NCBI GenBank assembly: GCA_033763455.1
Contig: JANRKO010000039.1
Span: 161,499 to 225,498, forward strand
Length of the DNA stretch: 64,000 nucleotides
Reading direction: 5' to 3'
Source of the DNA: Polyangiaceae bacterium
Lineage (GTDB): Bacteria; Myxococcota_A; Polyangia; Polyangiales; Polyangiaceae
Shown here: positions 18,567 through 28,438 of the stretch, in pieces
Numbering within the stretch: position 1 is the first letter of the stretch
Layout of the letters: each line of letters starts with the position of its first letter
Translations under genes and position numbers: made by a program
The notes under the pieces: generated by a model
Told to the model about the DNA's origin: nothing
Databases searched by the model: none
What the model saw: only the letters and a program-made list of their open reading frames with translations

Positions 18567-19934
18567 ATGCAAAATTCGAATTCTTCGACATGTTTGGGCT
18601 TACTTCGATACGTGCTGGCAGGTGCGGCACTGCTCTATCCGGGGGTTGCTTGGTCCCAGGAGCAAGCGCCCGCCGCCACGGCAACCGCCACCGCTGAACA
18701 GCCACCGGCCGAGCCACCCACGCCACCCGCCGCCACTGAAACGCCCGCAACCACAGAGCCCCCCCCGAAAGCTGCGGAACCTCCCCCAGAAGCTCCGGCA
18801 GCCGCCACCCCGGAAGCAACACCGCCACCTCCCGCTGAGGTTAAGCCTCCAGAAGAGGAGAAATTCCCTATCACCACTGGTTTTGGCTTCAGAGCGGGCG
18901 CGCGCGCGCAGGATCTTAAGGAGCCGGACAGCGTCAACGGGTTTTCGTTCGATGCCTTGAACGTAGAGGCTCGCTTTGGAGGCAAGGTCACTCCCATCGT
19001 AGGGTGGACCGCGAACTTTACCGTTGAAGGGCGCACGGCTACAACGCTCGCCAACAGTCCGCCCGCGCCCCCCGCCGGACCCCCAGTGGTTTTCGAAGCG
19101 CGAGCCATGGATCTGATCGGTCAGCTGGATTTCAAGGACGAATTCCACGTTTGGATCGGCCGCATGCTCACGCCTTCTGATCGCAGTAACTTCAGTGGGC
19201 CATGGTTTATCGGGCCTTGGGAGTACCCCGGTGTTTACAGCATTCCAGGGAAAGGCTTCGCCTACATCGGACCGCGCGGAACCGAGGAGATCGGACGTGA
19301 AGTTGGTACGGTGGTGTGGGGTGATATCAACAAGGGCAAATTCAAATACTACGCGGGCGCCATGGATTTGGACGACGCACCCGCCAATTCACCCCTTTGG
19401 ACGGGCCGCGTACAGTACGCGATTGTGGGTTCCGAACCCGGATTTTACGGCAGCAGCACGTATTACGGTTCGCAGAACATCGTGGCTATCGGCGCCGCTG
19501 CTCAATATCAGAAGCGCCTGAGCACGGCCGCCGTTGATGCCATGGGGATGCCCACTGTTGCCAAGGACGATGTTACGGAGATCAACGCGGACATCTTGGC
19601 TGAGTACAACGTGGGAGGCACCGTAAGTTTTGAAGGCGCCTACTACCACATGGATACCGAATCCTCACTCATGCCGGCGGATGACGCCTTTTTCGTCGTC
19701 GGCAGTTACCTTCTGCCGAACAAGATCGGAATTGGTAAACCGCAAGTGGGCGTCCGATATCAAGCCACGATGGGGCCTGACATGTCGATGATGGAAGGCT
19801 TCCTTGCCTACGTAATTAAGGACTACTTCGCCAAGATGATGCTCACGTTCGAGCACACCGACATGGGCAAGGGCTCTGACGGGGCAGCCCGCAAGGGCAA
19901 CGCCGTTCGTCTCGGCTTCCAAATCCAACAGTAA
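18567..19934 (+). CDS. Outer-membrane porin, short-chain amide/urea (FmdC-like)
   Basis: Signal peptide, Pro/Ala/Glu linker, amphipathic beta strands, GRMLTPSDRSNFSGPW, terminal strand VRLGFQIQQ; nitrogen-cluster context. Confidence 0.7.
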   Translation: MQNSNSSTCLGLLRYVLAGAALLYPGVAWSQEQAPAATATATAEQPPAEPPTPPAATETPATTEPPPKAAEPPPEAPAAATPEATPPPPAEVKPPEEEKFPITTGFGFRAGARAQDLKEPDSVNGFSFDALNVEARFGGKVTPIVGWTANFTVEGRTATTLANSPPAPPAGPPVVFEARAMDLIGQLDFKDEFHVWIGRMLTPSDRSNFSGPWFIGPWEYPGVYSIPGKGFAYIGPRGTEEIGREVGTVVWGDINKGKFKYYAGAMDLDDAPANSPLWTGRVQYAIVGSEPGFYGSSTYYGSQNIVAIGAAAQYQKRLSTAAVDAMGMPTVAKDDVTEINADILAEYNVGGTVSFEGAYYHMDTESSLMPADDAFFVVGSYLLPNKIGIGKPQVGVRYQATMGPDMSMMEGFLAYVIKDYFAKMMLTFEHTDMGKGSDGAARKGNAVRLGFQIQQ

Positions 19935-19946
19935 GCGATGTGGGGT

Positions 19947-19993
19947 GTCTCCCTCCGGGTCCGAACGTCACGCACGTTGCCCCGGAGGGAGAT
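19947..19993 (+). terminator. GC-rich hairpin after the porin gene
   Basis: tctccctccggg / cccggagggaga arms with inner aacgt/acgtt; no U-tract. Confidence 0.5.
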
Positions 19994-20034
19994 GGGGCGT
20001 CTCAATGCGCCACCGGTTGAGCTAGGCTCCACAC

Positions 20035-20238
20035 ATGACCGACGACCCTCGCTTCATCTTTCTAGAGACGAAGTTTGCCTATCAAGACAAGCTGCTGGCC
20101 GAGCTGAACGAGGCCTTGATCTCCCAACAGAAGCAGCTCGATACCGTTCTGGCGCGAGTCCACGCTCTAGAGTCCCAGTGGAAAAACAACAGCTCGGCCG
20201 GTGAACTGCCCCCGAACGAGGCGCCGCCGCACTATTAG
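20035..20238 (+). CDS. slyX: SlyX family protein
   Basis: LETKFAYQD...ELNEAL...EAPPHY. Confidence 0.92.
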   Translation: MTDDPRFIFLETKFAYQDKLLAELNEALISQQKQLDTVLARVHALESQWKNNSSAGELPPNEAPPHY

Positions 20239-20405
20239 GGTGGCGCGGCAGAAGGCCGAGCAAGGCGCGTGAAACGGCCCCGGAATGCACTATCCAGAGC
20301 TAATACACCTTTGGCATTGGACTCTGGCCAAAGGTGTGGCTAATAGCGCCCCACAGAACGCACCCCCAACTGGCATTTTGGGCCCCTTTCCGAGAACGCA
20401 AAGTC

Positions 20406-22496
20406 ATGACGGACCTCTCTACCTACCGCAACATTGGCATCTTCGCACACGTCGACGCAGGCAAAACCACGACGACTGAGCGCATCCTCAAGCTCACCGG
20501 CAAGATCCACAAAATGGGCGAGGTGCATGACGGCGCCGCCACCACAGACTTCATGGTGCAGGAGCAAGAGCGCGGCATCACGATTCAGTCGGCCGCCACC
20601 ACCTGCTTTTGGGCGGGGCACCGCTTCAACATCATCGACACCCCTGGGCACGTAGATTTCACGATCGAAGTTTACCGCTCCCTCAAGGTGCTCGATGGCG
20701 GCATTGGCGTGTTCTGCGGGTCCGGCGGTGTGGAGCCCCAATCGGAAACGAACTGGCGTTACGCCAACGATGCCAAAGTGGCGCGTGTTATTTACGTGAA
20801 CAAGCTCGATCGCTTGGGTGCGGACTTCTACCGTGTGGTCAAGCAGATCCGTGACGTGCTGGGAGCCAAGCCCATTGTGATGGTTCTGCCCATTGGCATC
20901 GAGTCCGGGTTTACGGGCATCGTCGATTTGCTCGAGCGCAAGGCCTACGTTTGGGACGACAGCGGTCTGCCAGAAAACTACAAGGTTACGGACGTGCCCG
21001 AGAACATGAAGGCCGACGTCGAAAAGTGGCGCGCCGAGCTCGTTGAAACGGCCGTCGAGCAAGACGACGCTGCGATGGAAAAGTACCTCGCGGGCGAAGA
21101 AGTGGACATTGCGACGCTCAAGAAGTGCATCCGCAAGGGCACCATCAGCTTGGCGTTTTTCCCCACGTATTGCGGCTCTTCCTTCAAGAACAAGGGTGTG
21201 CAGCACGTGCTCAATGCTGTGGTGGATTACCTGCCCAACCCCACCGAAGTGCCTCCGCAACCGGAGGTAGATCTCGAAGGCAACCCAACGGGGAGTTACG
21301 CCATCGTAACGCCTGATGCTCCGTTCCGGGGCCTGGCGTTCAAGATCATGGACGATCGCTTCGGCAGCCTCACCTTTACTCGCATCTACTCCGGCACGCT
21401 CTCCAAAGGTGACACCGTGCTCAACACGTTCACCGGCAAAGAAGAGCGCATTGGCCGCATGGTGGAAATGCACGCTAACGATCGCACCATGATCGACACA
21501 GCTCAGGCTGGCGACATCGTGGCGCTCGTGGGCCTCAAGAACGTGCGCACCGGCCACACGCTGTGCGATCCGAACAAGCCCGCAACGCTTGAGCCGATGG
21601 TATTCCCCGATCCAGTTATCTCAGTTGCCATCGCCCCCAAAGACAAGGCGAATGCAGAAAAGCTGAGCAACGCGCTTGGCAAGATGGTCGCCGAAGATCC
21701 TTCCTTCCACGTCGAAGTGAATCAGGAATCTGGCGAAACAATCCTCAAGGGCATGGGCGAGCTTCACCTCGACATCAAGGTGGATATCTTGCGCCGCACA
21801 CACGGCGTGGAAGCTACCGTTGGTGAGCCTCAAGTGGCGTACCGTGAAACCATCACGCAGACGGTGGAAGATAGTTACACCCACAAGAAGCAGACGGGCG
21901 GCTCCGGCCAGTACGCGAAGATCGACTACCGCATTGAACCCGGGGAGCCCGGAAGTGGGTTCGTGTTCGAGTCTGAAGTCACCGGCGGTAACGTGCCTAA
22001 GGAATTCATTCCTGCCGTTGAAAAGGGCTTCAAGAGCCTAGTGGAGAAGGGCCCTCTCGTCGGCTTCCCCGTGCTGGACTTCAAAGTCACACTCACGGAT
22101 GGCGCGTATCACGCGGTGGATTCTTCGCAGATAGCGTTCGAGGCCGCTGCCAAGGCCGCTTATCGGCAGACCATGCCCAAGGCCAAGCCCGAGCTCTTGG
22201 AACCCATCATGAAGGTGGACGTGTTCGTCCCAGATGAAAACGTGGGTGACGTTATCGGCGACATCAATCGTCGCCGCGGCATCATGAAGAGCCAGGAAGC
22301 CACGCCCATCAACGTGCGCATCAAAGCGGACGTACCGCTGAGCGAAATGTTCGGCTACATCGGCGACCTGCGTTCAACCACTTCCGGCCGCGGCCAGTTC
22401 TCGATGGAGTTCAGCCACTACGCTCAGTGCCCGCGCAACATCCTCGAAAAGGTTAAAGAGGAAGTGAAAGCGCGCGAAGCAGAAAAGAAGAAGTAA
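20406..22496 (+). CDS. fusA: Elongation factor G (stand-alone copy)
   Basis: [46 protein letters not shown]; no rpsL, rpsG or tuf neighbours. Confidence 0.97.
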   Translation: MTDLSTYRNIGIFAHVDAGKTTTTERILKLTGKIHKMGEVHDGAATTDFMVQEQERGITIQSAATTCFWAGHRFNIIDTPGHVDFTIEVYRSLKVLDGGIGVFCGSGGVEPQSETNWRYANDAKVARVIYVNKLDRLGADFYRVVKQIRDVLGAKPIVMVLPIGIESGFTGIVDLLERKAYVWDDSGLPENYKVTDVPENMKADVEKWRAELVETAVEQDDAAMEKYLAGEEVDIATLKKCIRKGTISLAFFPTYCGSSFKNKGVQHVLNAVVDYLPNPTEVPPQPEVDLEGNPTGSYAIVTPDAPFRGLAFKIMDDRFGSLTFTRIYSGTLSKGDTVLNTFTGKEERIGRMVEMHANDRTMIDTAQAGDIVALVGLKNVRTGHTLCDPNKPATLEPMVFPDPVISVAIAPKDKANAEKLSNALGKMVAEDPSFHVEVNQESGETILKGMGELHLDIKVDILRRTHGVEATVGEPQVAYRETITQTVEDSYTHKKQTGGSGQYAKIDYRIEPGEPGSGFVFESEVTGGNVPKEFIPAVEKGFKSLVEKGPLVGFPVLDFKVTLTDGAYHAVDSSQIAFEAAAKAAYRQTMPKAKPELLEPIMKVDVFVPDENVGDVIGDINRRRGIMKSQEATPINVRIKADVPLSEMFGYIGDLRSTTSGRGQFSMEFSHYAQCPRNILEKVKEEVKAREAEKKK

Positions 22497-22514
22497 GCCT
22501 TCGCTCCAGCAGCA

Positions 22515-22546
22515 GGAGAGCCCGCACCTCGATTCGCGGGTTCTCC
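22515..22546 (+). terminator. Hairpin after fusA
   Basis: GGAGAGCCCGC-N10-GCGGGTTCTCC. Confidence 0.5.
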
Positions 22547-22572
22547 CAAGCGCCGTTTAGAACCTCACCAAC

Positions 22573-23757
22573 ATGTGGCTGATCGCATTCACGTGGTTTG
22601 TGCTGTTGGTGGGTACGGGGTTCGTTTTCCCGTATTTTGGCCTGTATCTCACACAAACAGCCAAGCTTACCGGCACCGAAGCAGGCATTGTGCTCGCCAC
22701 GATCCCCATCGTGTCGGTGTTCGTTCAGCCGCTTCTTGCCGCACTCTCCGATAGAAGCGGTGCGCGCACTCGAGTGTTATCGGGCTTGGCCTTCGCCTCG
22801 GCCTGTGCCCTTCTATTAATCTATAGAGCGAGCGGGTTCTGGCCGCTGGTGTTGGCTACAGCCTTATATGCCGCGTGTTCGGTAACGCTGGCTCCGGGGC
22901 TCTGGGCGGTATCGTTCGCACTTATCTCCGCTATCAGCCCACGAGCCATGGGCTACGCGCGGGGCGCCGGCACGCTCGGTTTCGGTGTGGCAGTGGTGAG
23001 CTTCCCGTGGCTGTCTTCATGGCTTTCCACAAGTGGCATCATTCCAAGTTCGCACTCGGCACTCTCCTCCATCTTCCCACTGGCAGCACTGGCCACGTTG
23101 ATCGCCGCGTTCGCTTTCAGCCGCTTGCCACGCACCGCGGAAGCCACTCGGCGGGCGAGCATGAAGGAGCTCGCCACCATTGCCAAGAACGGCCCTTTTC
23201 TGCGGCTGCTGCTCTTGATGTTCCTCGCGTTCTTCTGTTTTCACGGGCCCACGATCTTTTTCCCCGTGCTCATTCAAGCGCATGGCGGAGGTGTGGGCGC
23301 GATAAGCCACATGTGGCTCCTCATGTTGGTGCTCGAAGTTCCGCTCGTTTTGAGCTTCGGCTGGAGTGTCTCAAAGCTTGGTGTGCGATGGGTCGTGTTT
23401 ATTGGCCTTCTCGCGGGTGCCCTGCGCTGGCTCCTCACCGGATGGCTCACGGATATGACCTGGATTTCCTTCGTCCAAGTCCTGCATGGCGTTACTGTGT
23501 GGGGCACGGTTTTGGGTGGCACTACCTACGCTGATCGCCAAGTACAAGCGAACCAGCGCTCCACGGCGCAGTCGCTGGTTTCCGTGGTGAGCGCGGGCCT
23601 CGGCGGAATGTGCTCAAGCTTCGCGAGCGGCTGGCTCGTGGACCATCTAGGCCCGCAAGCCCCGGCCCTTTTTGGCGGCGGACTCGGGCTCCTCATCGCT
23701 CTTAGCGTATGGTGGCTTCTGCCGGAACAACGGGTGGCTGAGAGCACGCAAGGGTAA
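22573..23757 (+). CDS. MFS transporter
   Basis: About 12 hydrophobic segments, LSDRSGAR motif A, VLEVP, QVLHG. Confidence 0.9.
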   Translation: MWLIAFTWFVLLVGTGFVFPYFGLYLTQTAKLTGTEAGIVLATIPIVSVFVQPLLAALSDRSGARTRVLSGLAFASACALLLIYRASGFWPLVLATALYAACSVTLAPGLWAVSFALISAISPRAMGYARGAGTLGFGVAVVSFPWLSSWLSTSGIIPSSHSALSSIFPLAALATLIAAFAFSRLPRTAEATRRASMKELATIAKNGPFLRLLLLMFLAFFCFHGPTIFFPVLIQAHGGGVGAISHMWLLMLVLEVPLVLSFGWSVSKLGVRWVVFIGLLAGALRWLLTGWLTDMTWISFVQVLHGVTVWGTVLGGTTYADRQVQANQRSTAQSLVSVVSAGLGGMCSSFASGWLVDHLGPQAPALFGGGLGLLIALSVWWLLPEQRVAESTQG

Positions 23758-23804
23758 TACGCCGTCCGCCTCAAAACCGCCCGCGCAGACAGCCAACAGC
23801 GTCT

Positions 23805-24074
23805 TCAGGCAACAGACGACTGGCTAACGAGCGCACCTGACGCAAGCAGCCGGCGATGAATCGACGCGGGGCTGAGCTCGAGCCCGTTGGGCCAGCACAA
23901 CGCGCCCATGTCAATAAAGAAGCGTCCGAATTGCTCCGGCTCACGAATTCCCTCGGTGAGCGGAGTGTTGCGGGCTAACAGCGGAGCTACGTCGAGGTTC
24001 CCGGAGGTCCCGTCGGAAAAATCAAGACGAATCACGTACCCTGTCTGGTGCTTGGCTCGCAGGATCTTAATCAT
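23805..24074 (-). CDS. DUF2442-family protein (antitoxin-like, orphan)
   Basis: RLDFSDG...GALCWPNGLELSP. Confidence 0.85.
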   Translation of the reverse strand: MIKILRAKHQTGYVIRLDFSDGTSGNLDVAPLLARNTPLTEGIREPEQFGRFFIDMGALCWPNGLELSPASIHRRLLASGALVSQSSVA

Positions 24075-24095
24075 TATCGGCTCCAGGGATCCTCA

Positions 24096-25037
24096 TCACT
24101 CCGAACACTCCCGCGCAAACGGCAGCACATCATCCACCAAGCACTTCATGTATTCCACGCCCACAACCCAGCGTGGCCCGAGCTTGTCTCCAATTGGCAA
24201 CCAAACGCCCTTGAGGGCTAAATTGTGGACGATTTCGACGTGAAGCTCGGCGCCTACGCGCGCTGCCCAAGCCGGATCGCCCAACAGGCCGTAACTTGCT
24301 GCGCCGCCGCCGAAACGCGTGAAAAGGGTGCTGTCTTGGATCATGGAAAGGCCGAGGTCCCCACCGAATGCATTGCTAGAAGCGAAACCTCCAGCTGATA
24401 GGTACCAGGTGGGCACATTCAGGTGCACACGCTGGCCTTGCGCACCGCGTACAATGGTGGAGCTGCCGAGGCCCAGATCTAAACGGCCGCCGGCAGCCAC
24501 TTCCCATTCGAGGCCACCATAGCCAGTATTGCCCGAAGATAGCCACGGTGAGGCCAGAAGGTGAAAGCGCTTTGGCCAAATCGAATTGCCCTGCAGCGGG
24601 ATCTGCATGGGCAGCCCATTGCAACGGCCTGGATGCTTTTGGTCGAGCCCGTTGGGGCAATGTTCGGGCTTGGTGGGAACACCGCACTGCCCTGCCTCGG
24701 GCACGCTTGGCAAAGCGCCCGGCAAACACCCGAGAACGCTGCAGGTTCCGTCCACTGGGAGATACTCAAGCTGGCCATCGTCCCCCTCGTGGCTTGCGCG
24801 CGCACAGGCCTTTTTGCCGTAAATTTCAAGCAATTGGGCATCGCTGAGCGAAGCTGGGTCCAACTTCTTGCCGGCTTCTTGCGCCAGAAGGCTCGACATT
24901 TGGATGAAGCTGCCGAGCACCAAAGCCAAAGTAGCAACGCTCGCGTGTTTAAGGAAAGCGAGACTGCGCTTCTCGTGAGTCGTTTCGCACTTCATTTGAG
25001 CTGACGCGTGATTCCGATCAACGCCATGTCGCTTCAT
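24096..25037 (-). CDS. Hypothetical exported protein (Cys-rich middle, beta-rich C-terminus)
   Basis: 313 aa, signal-like stretch, ATGA overlap with the upstream hydrolase. Confidence 0.65.
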   Translation of the reverse strand: MKRHGVDRNHASAQMKCETTHEKRSLAFLKHASVATLALVLGSFIQMSSLLAQEAGKKLDPASLSDAQLLEIYGKKACARASHEGDDGQLEYLPVDGTCSVLGCLPGALPSVPEAGQCGVPTKPEHCPNGLDQKHPGRCNGLPMQIPLQGNSIWPKRFHLLASPWLSSGNTGYGGLEWEVAAGGRLDLGLGSSTIVRGAQGQRVHLNVPTWYLSAGGFASSNAFGGDLGLSMIQDSTLFTRFGGGAASYGLLGDPAWAARVGAELHVEIVHNLALKGVWLPIGDKLGPRWVVGVEYMKCLVDDVLPFARECSE

Positions 25038-26065
25038 GCTAGTAACCGCCGAGTGAGTTCGCCCACGTAGGTGTCGCTCAGTAAGAAGGCGTGTTCGGCG
25101 ATAACCTCGTGCGGACCAATTTGGTCCACCAGCTGGCGTTCGACCGGTGTTAGGCGATTCATCGTGGGCACGCTGGGAACGAGCGAATCCCCAGAAGCTG
25201 CACGGTTTGGAAACTCGATGCTGCGATCAACCTTGAGCACCGCGTGATCCCACGTGGCACGGTTGGTAGCAAGAACGATGGACACTTGCACCTGTGCCAT
25301 CTTCTCCAATGGACGGCGGAGGTAACGTTGCTTGGTCTCAAGTGCACGAGCAAGAAGCTCGGCTGATACATCCGAATACCCACTCCAAGCCGCGGCGTCC
25401 AGGAAGCCACTCGGCGCAGGCCTACCATCTGGTAAGCGAAGCGCGCCGCGGAAATCAGGCAACATTTGATACAAAGCTGGCCAGGTGCGGGCTATTTTCT
25501 GAAAGGCTGGGCTCACCGCCTCCCCAAGCTGTTCGCCACGCACCAACGCGTGTGCGGCGTTGAGCGTCCCGTACAGGGGCACCCCCACCAACACCAACCT
25601 ACGAACTAAATCTGAAAATGCCGTTGCGTCGCCTCCGTGGCGTGCAGCCAGTAACTTGCTGGCGGCAACAGCCACCAACCCTCCTTGAGAATGTGCAACC
25701 AGCCGCCACTTTCCACCCGCTGGCTTCCGCTCCTCCAAAAACTCCACCAAACGCTGCGCGCTGTACACAATATCGCCCCGCCAGTCATAGCGGAACGGCA
25801 GAACACCAGGCACTTCACGATAGGCCAACGAAAGCACAGGCCCCGCTGATACCTCCACTCCAGCGAGCAACGACGTCTTCACGGGTGCGCGCTGACCTAT
25901 GCGGTGCTGCATGCTCAAGAGCGGCTCGATTTCCCCTAGGCCGGAGCCAGCCTGGCTCAGCAAGAACGCCTCCCCCTGAAGCTGCACCGGATACCCAAGG
26001 TCCGCCCCGTTTCGAAGGAGCTTTAGGCCTCCGGTGCCGGGAATAAGCAATGTTGTATCTGCCAC
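25034..26065 (-). CDS. Alpha/beta hydrolase (lipase/LCAT-like)
   Basis: LIPGTGG, FRYDWR, VAHSQGG nucleophile elbow, GDSLVP, terminal His (EHAFL). Confidence 0.85.
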   Translation of the reverse strand: MADTTLLIPGTGGLKLLRNGADLGYPVQLQGEAFLLSQAGSGLGEIEPLLSMQHRIGQRAPVKTSLLAGVEVSAGPVLSLAYREVPGVLPFRYDWRGDIVYSAQRLVEFLEERKPAGGKWRLVAHSQGGLVAVAASKLLAARHGGDATAFSDLVRRLVLVGVPLYGTLNAAHALVRGEQLGEAVSPAFQKIARTWPALYQMLPDFRGALRLPDGRPAPSGFLDAAAWSGYSDVSAELLARALETKQRYLRRPLEKMAQVQVSIVLATNRATWDHAVLKVDRSIEFPNRAASGDSLVPSVPTMNRLTPVERQLVDQIGPHEVIAEHAFLLSDTYVGELTRRLLA

Positions 26066-26093
26066 ATCGACCTCCCTGGTGCTGAGGATACTG

Positions 26094-27116
26094 CTATTTT
26101 GCGGGCTCAGAGGGCATTTCCATACCAGGCGGCAGCTTAACTCCGGGAGGCAGCTTGAATCCGGGCGGCAACTTAAGCGTGGTGGGCATTCCCGCGGGCA
26201 TTCCGGGAGGCATCTTCATCCCCGGTGGGAGGCCGGCTCCTGCTGGCATTCCCATGGCGGCTCCTGCTGGCATTCCCGCGCGCCCCATGGCTCCTGCCAT
26301 GAAACCCTGTATCGCTTCTTCGAGGCTCAACACCGCATAACCAGCTGGCGCCTCAAAGAGCGCCGCATCCATCTTCTTTTGCTCCAGCCGGGTGAGCTCC
26401 ATGCGGAGCTTTTCCTTGCCGTCTTTAAACACCACTGCGCGCAGAGGCAAGCTCTTGCCGTCGGCAAGCTGAGCCATCCAAGCATATTCGGCAGGCAAAG
26501 TTGCTGTAAATGGCAACCTCAACCAGGAGGTGCCTTCATCTGACACACACACTACCAGCTTATCCGCGTTTTTAGAACTCGTGATTTCCCACTCTTCGCA
26601 CTCACGACCAATCACGCGATCTTTTCGGCCTGTCTTCACGATCTTTGGCAGCTCTGGCTTCTCTTCGGCAGCTTCCTTGCCCCGCGAAAATCGGGATTTG
26701 AGCGCCTTGGCTTGCTCGCCGAGAGTATTGATATCCAGCTGCACCACTTGCTTTTTGCCGTCTAATACCGCCAGCAGCTTCTTGTCGGGAACGTTCGCAA
26801 TCACGTAAGCTTTTCCGCCCAGCTGAGCCGTCTGCTCGGCATCCAGCGGCAAATCAACCCGCAGCTTCCCAGCTTTAACCTGCAGCGTGAACGGCGGAAT
26901 CGGCTTCTCTTTAGGATCCGCGGACTTTACGGCTATCCCGAGCTCGCCTTCGAACTCGGACAATGCTCCTACCTTTTCAGGCGTTGCGGCGAGCGCCGCG
27001 GAGGAGCCAGATGCCGCAGGACTCGCATCTTTTTTAGATGAGAACCTATCGCAACCAAAAGCGCCCAGAGCACCCAGAACAACCCACAGACCAACAGTGG
27101 CAGATCCAATCTTCAT
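26094..27116 (-). CDS. DUF4412-like lipoprotein with GMP/KLPPG low-complexity tail
   Basis: Lipobox AFGC, KTGRKDRVIGRECEEW, LFEAPAGY. Confidence 0.75.
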   Translation of the reverse strand: MKIGSATVGLWVVLGALGAFGCDRFSSKKDASPAASGSSAALAATPEKVGALSEFEGELGIAVKSADPKEKPIPPFTLQVKAGKLRVDLPLDAEQTAQLGGKAYVIANVPDKKLLAVLDGKKQVVQLDINTLGEQAKALKSRFSRGKEAAEEKPELPKIVKTGRKDRVIGRECEEWEITSSKNADKLVVCVSDEGTSWLRLPFTATLPAEYAWMAQLADGKSLPLRAVVFKDGKEKLRMELTRLEQKKMDAALFEAPAGYAVLSLEEAIQGFMAGAMGRAGMPAGAAMGMPAGAGLPPGMKMPPGMPAGMPTTLKLPPGFKLPPGVKLPPGMEMPSEPAK

Positions 27117-27528
27117 GGGCGCGGAGTCTACAGGAAGAGAGATAGCTGCCGAAAGTGAGGCCTGGCGCCCACGTAGAGGCTCGGATGCTCAAAACAATAC
27201 TCGATAGCGAAAAACCTCCGTTTGGGAGGCAAGAATTCGGCAACGGCCGCCGGACCGCATGCTGCTCGGGATTCATGTGTAGTCGCGTGACGTCAGGTGG
27301 ACATTCTCGTTGTGGCCGCGCCTAATAACGAAGACCAGTTGGTTGTGGCCGCGCCTCACCGCGACTTCCAGAGGAGGCACGGTGTGAATTCTTGCGCTCA
27401 GGAATTTCCGAAAGGATCCATGAGGGGAGTGCTCGTGGCGACGGATGGATATTCTTCGCGCTGCTACTTGTTCTGGCTCTGCCGGATTCGGCTCGACCGG
27501 CCGCTAGCCGGGCCGTACACTCGTGCTT

Positions 27529-27873
27529 ATGGCTGAGGATCCCCCGCTTCATAGCCTGGCAGAAGAACGCAGCCTCGCACTTCATAGAGCTGTAGCTCAG
27601 TGCCTACTCGTCGAACCAAGTGTGCTCGAAAAGGCCCGAGCACGTTTGCAAGATTGGCGACAGGAAGCGAACCGGCATCCATATCTAGAGGCTTGGGAGC
27701 GTATACTCTCGGGCACACCCGAAGACGTCGCGCGCGCGCTCGTAGAGAGAACGCCCGAAGCCTGTACGCTAAGGCAAGCGTCACCCTTCGCCGGAGCCCT
27801 CGACCCAAAAACACGCTGGTCCATCCTGCGCCGCCCCGAGCTGAGAGACCGTCATGCGGCGTCGCGACCTTGA
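27529..27873 (+). CDS. Small helical protein, putative antitoxin partner of the NTase
   Basis: RSLALHRAVA...LRQASPFAG; overlaps the downstream NTase gene. Confidence 0.7.
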   Translation: MAEDPPLHSLAEERSLALHRAVAQCLLVEPSVLEKARARLQDWRQEANRHPYLEAWERILSGTPEDVARALVERTPEACTLRQASPFAGALDPKTRWSILRRPELRDRHAASRP

Positions 27874-28384
27874 ACACATCATCCGAGCGGCTTCGACAAT
27901 CTCCGATGACGAGGAAATAGTAGTACTTGGCAGCCAGGCGGTTCTTGCGCAGTACCCCGAGGCGCCTGAAGAGATGCGGGTGTCAGACGAGGCCGATGTT
28001 TACCCCCGAAACAAGCCCGAACGCTGGGAACTCATCGATGGTGCCATCGGCGAGTTATCACCCTTTCATGAAACTTTCGGCTATTACGCGCAGGGAGTGC
28101 AGGAAGGAGTCGCAACCCTGCCCATGGGCTGGCAAGAACGACTGGTAAAGCTACAAACACCAGGAACAATGGGAGCGATCGGATGGTGTCTGGAGCTGCA
28201 TGATTTGGTGCTCTCGAAATACGTCGCTAATCGAGGAACGGACAAACGTTACAATGAAGCGGCCGCCAGGGCGGGCCTAGTGAATCGTGAAGAACTCATC
28301 TCCCGGCTAGGGGCCATGGATCTAGACGAATCAGTGCGACGGAACGTACTCCTCCTCATCGAGAAGGATTTTTCGACCGCCTGA
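27854..28384 (+). CDS. DUF6036-like nucleotidyltransferase
   Basis: VVLGSQA, SDEADV, IDGAIGELSPFHETFGYY. Confidence 0.8.
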   Translation: MRRRDLEHIIRAASTISDDEEIVVLGSQAVLAQYPEAPEEMRVSDEADVYPRNKPERWELIDGAIGELSPFHETFGYYAQGVQEGVATLPMGWQERLVKLQTPGTMGAIGWCLELHDLVLSKYVANRGTDKRYNEAAARAGLVNREELISRLGAMDLDESVRRNVLLLIEKDFSTA

Positions 28385-28438
28385 ACCTACGGATCCACTA
28401 CGGCGCCAACCCCCGCTCCAAGAATCCGGCAAGTGCGT

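Noticed and set aside
20340..21557. 405-aa minus-strand ORF and similar long antisense ORFs over ureC, hsdM and hsdR
   Set aside because: Shadow frames caused by high GC at third codon positions of well-supported genes on the other strand.
27309..27356. 15-bp direct repeat gttgtggccgcgcct x2
   Set aside because: Only two copies 33 bp apart, with no element between them and no supportable function.
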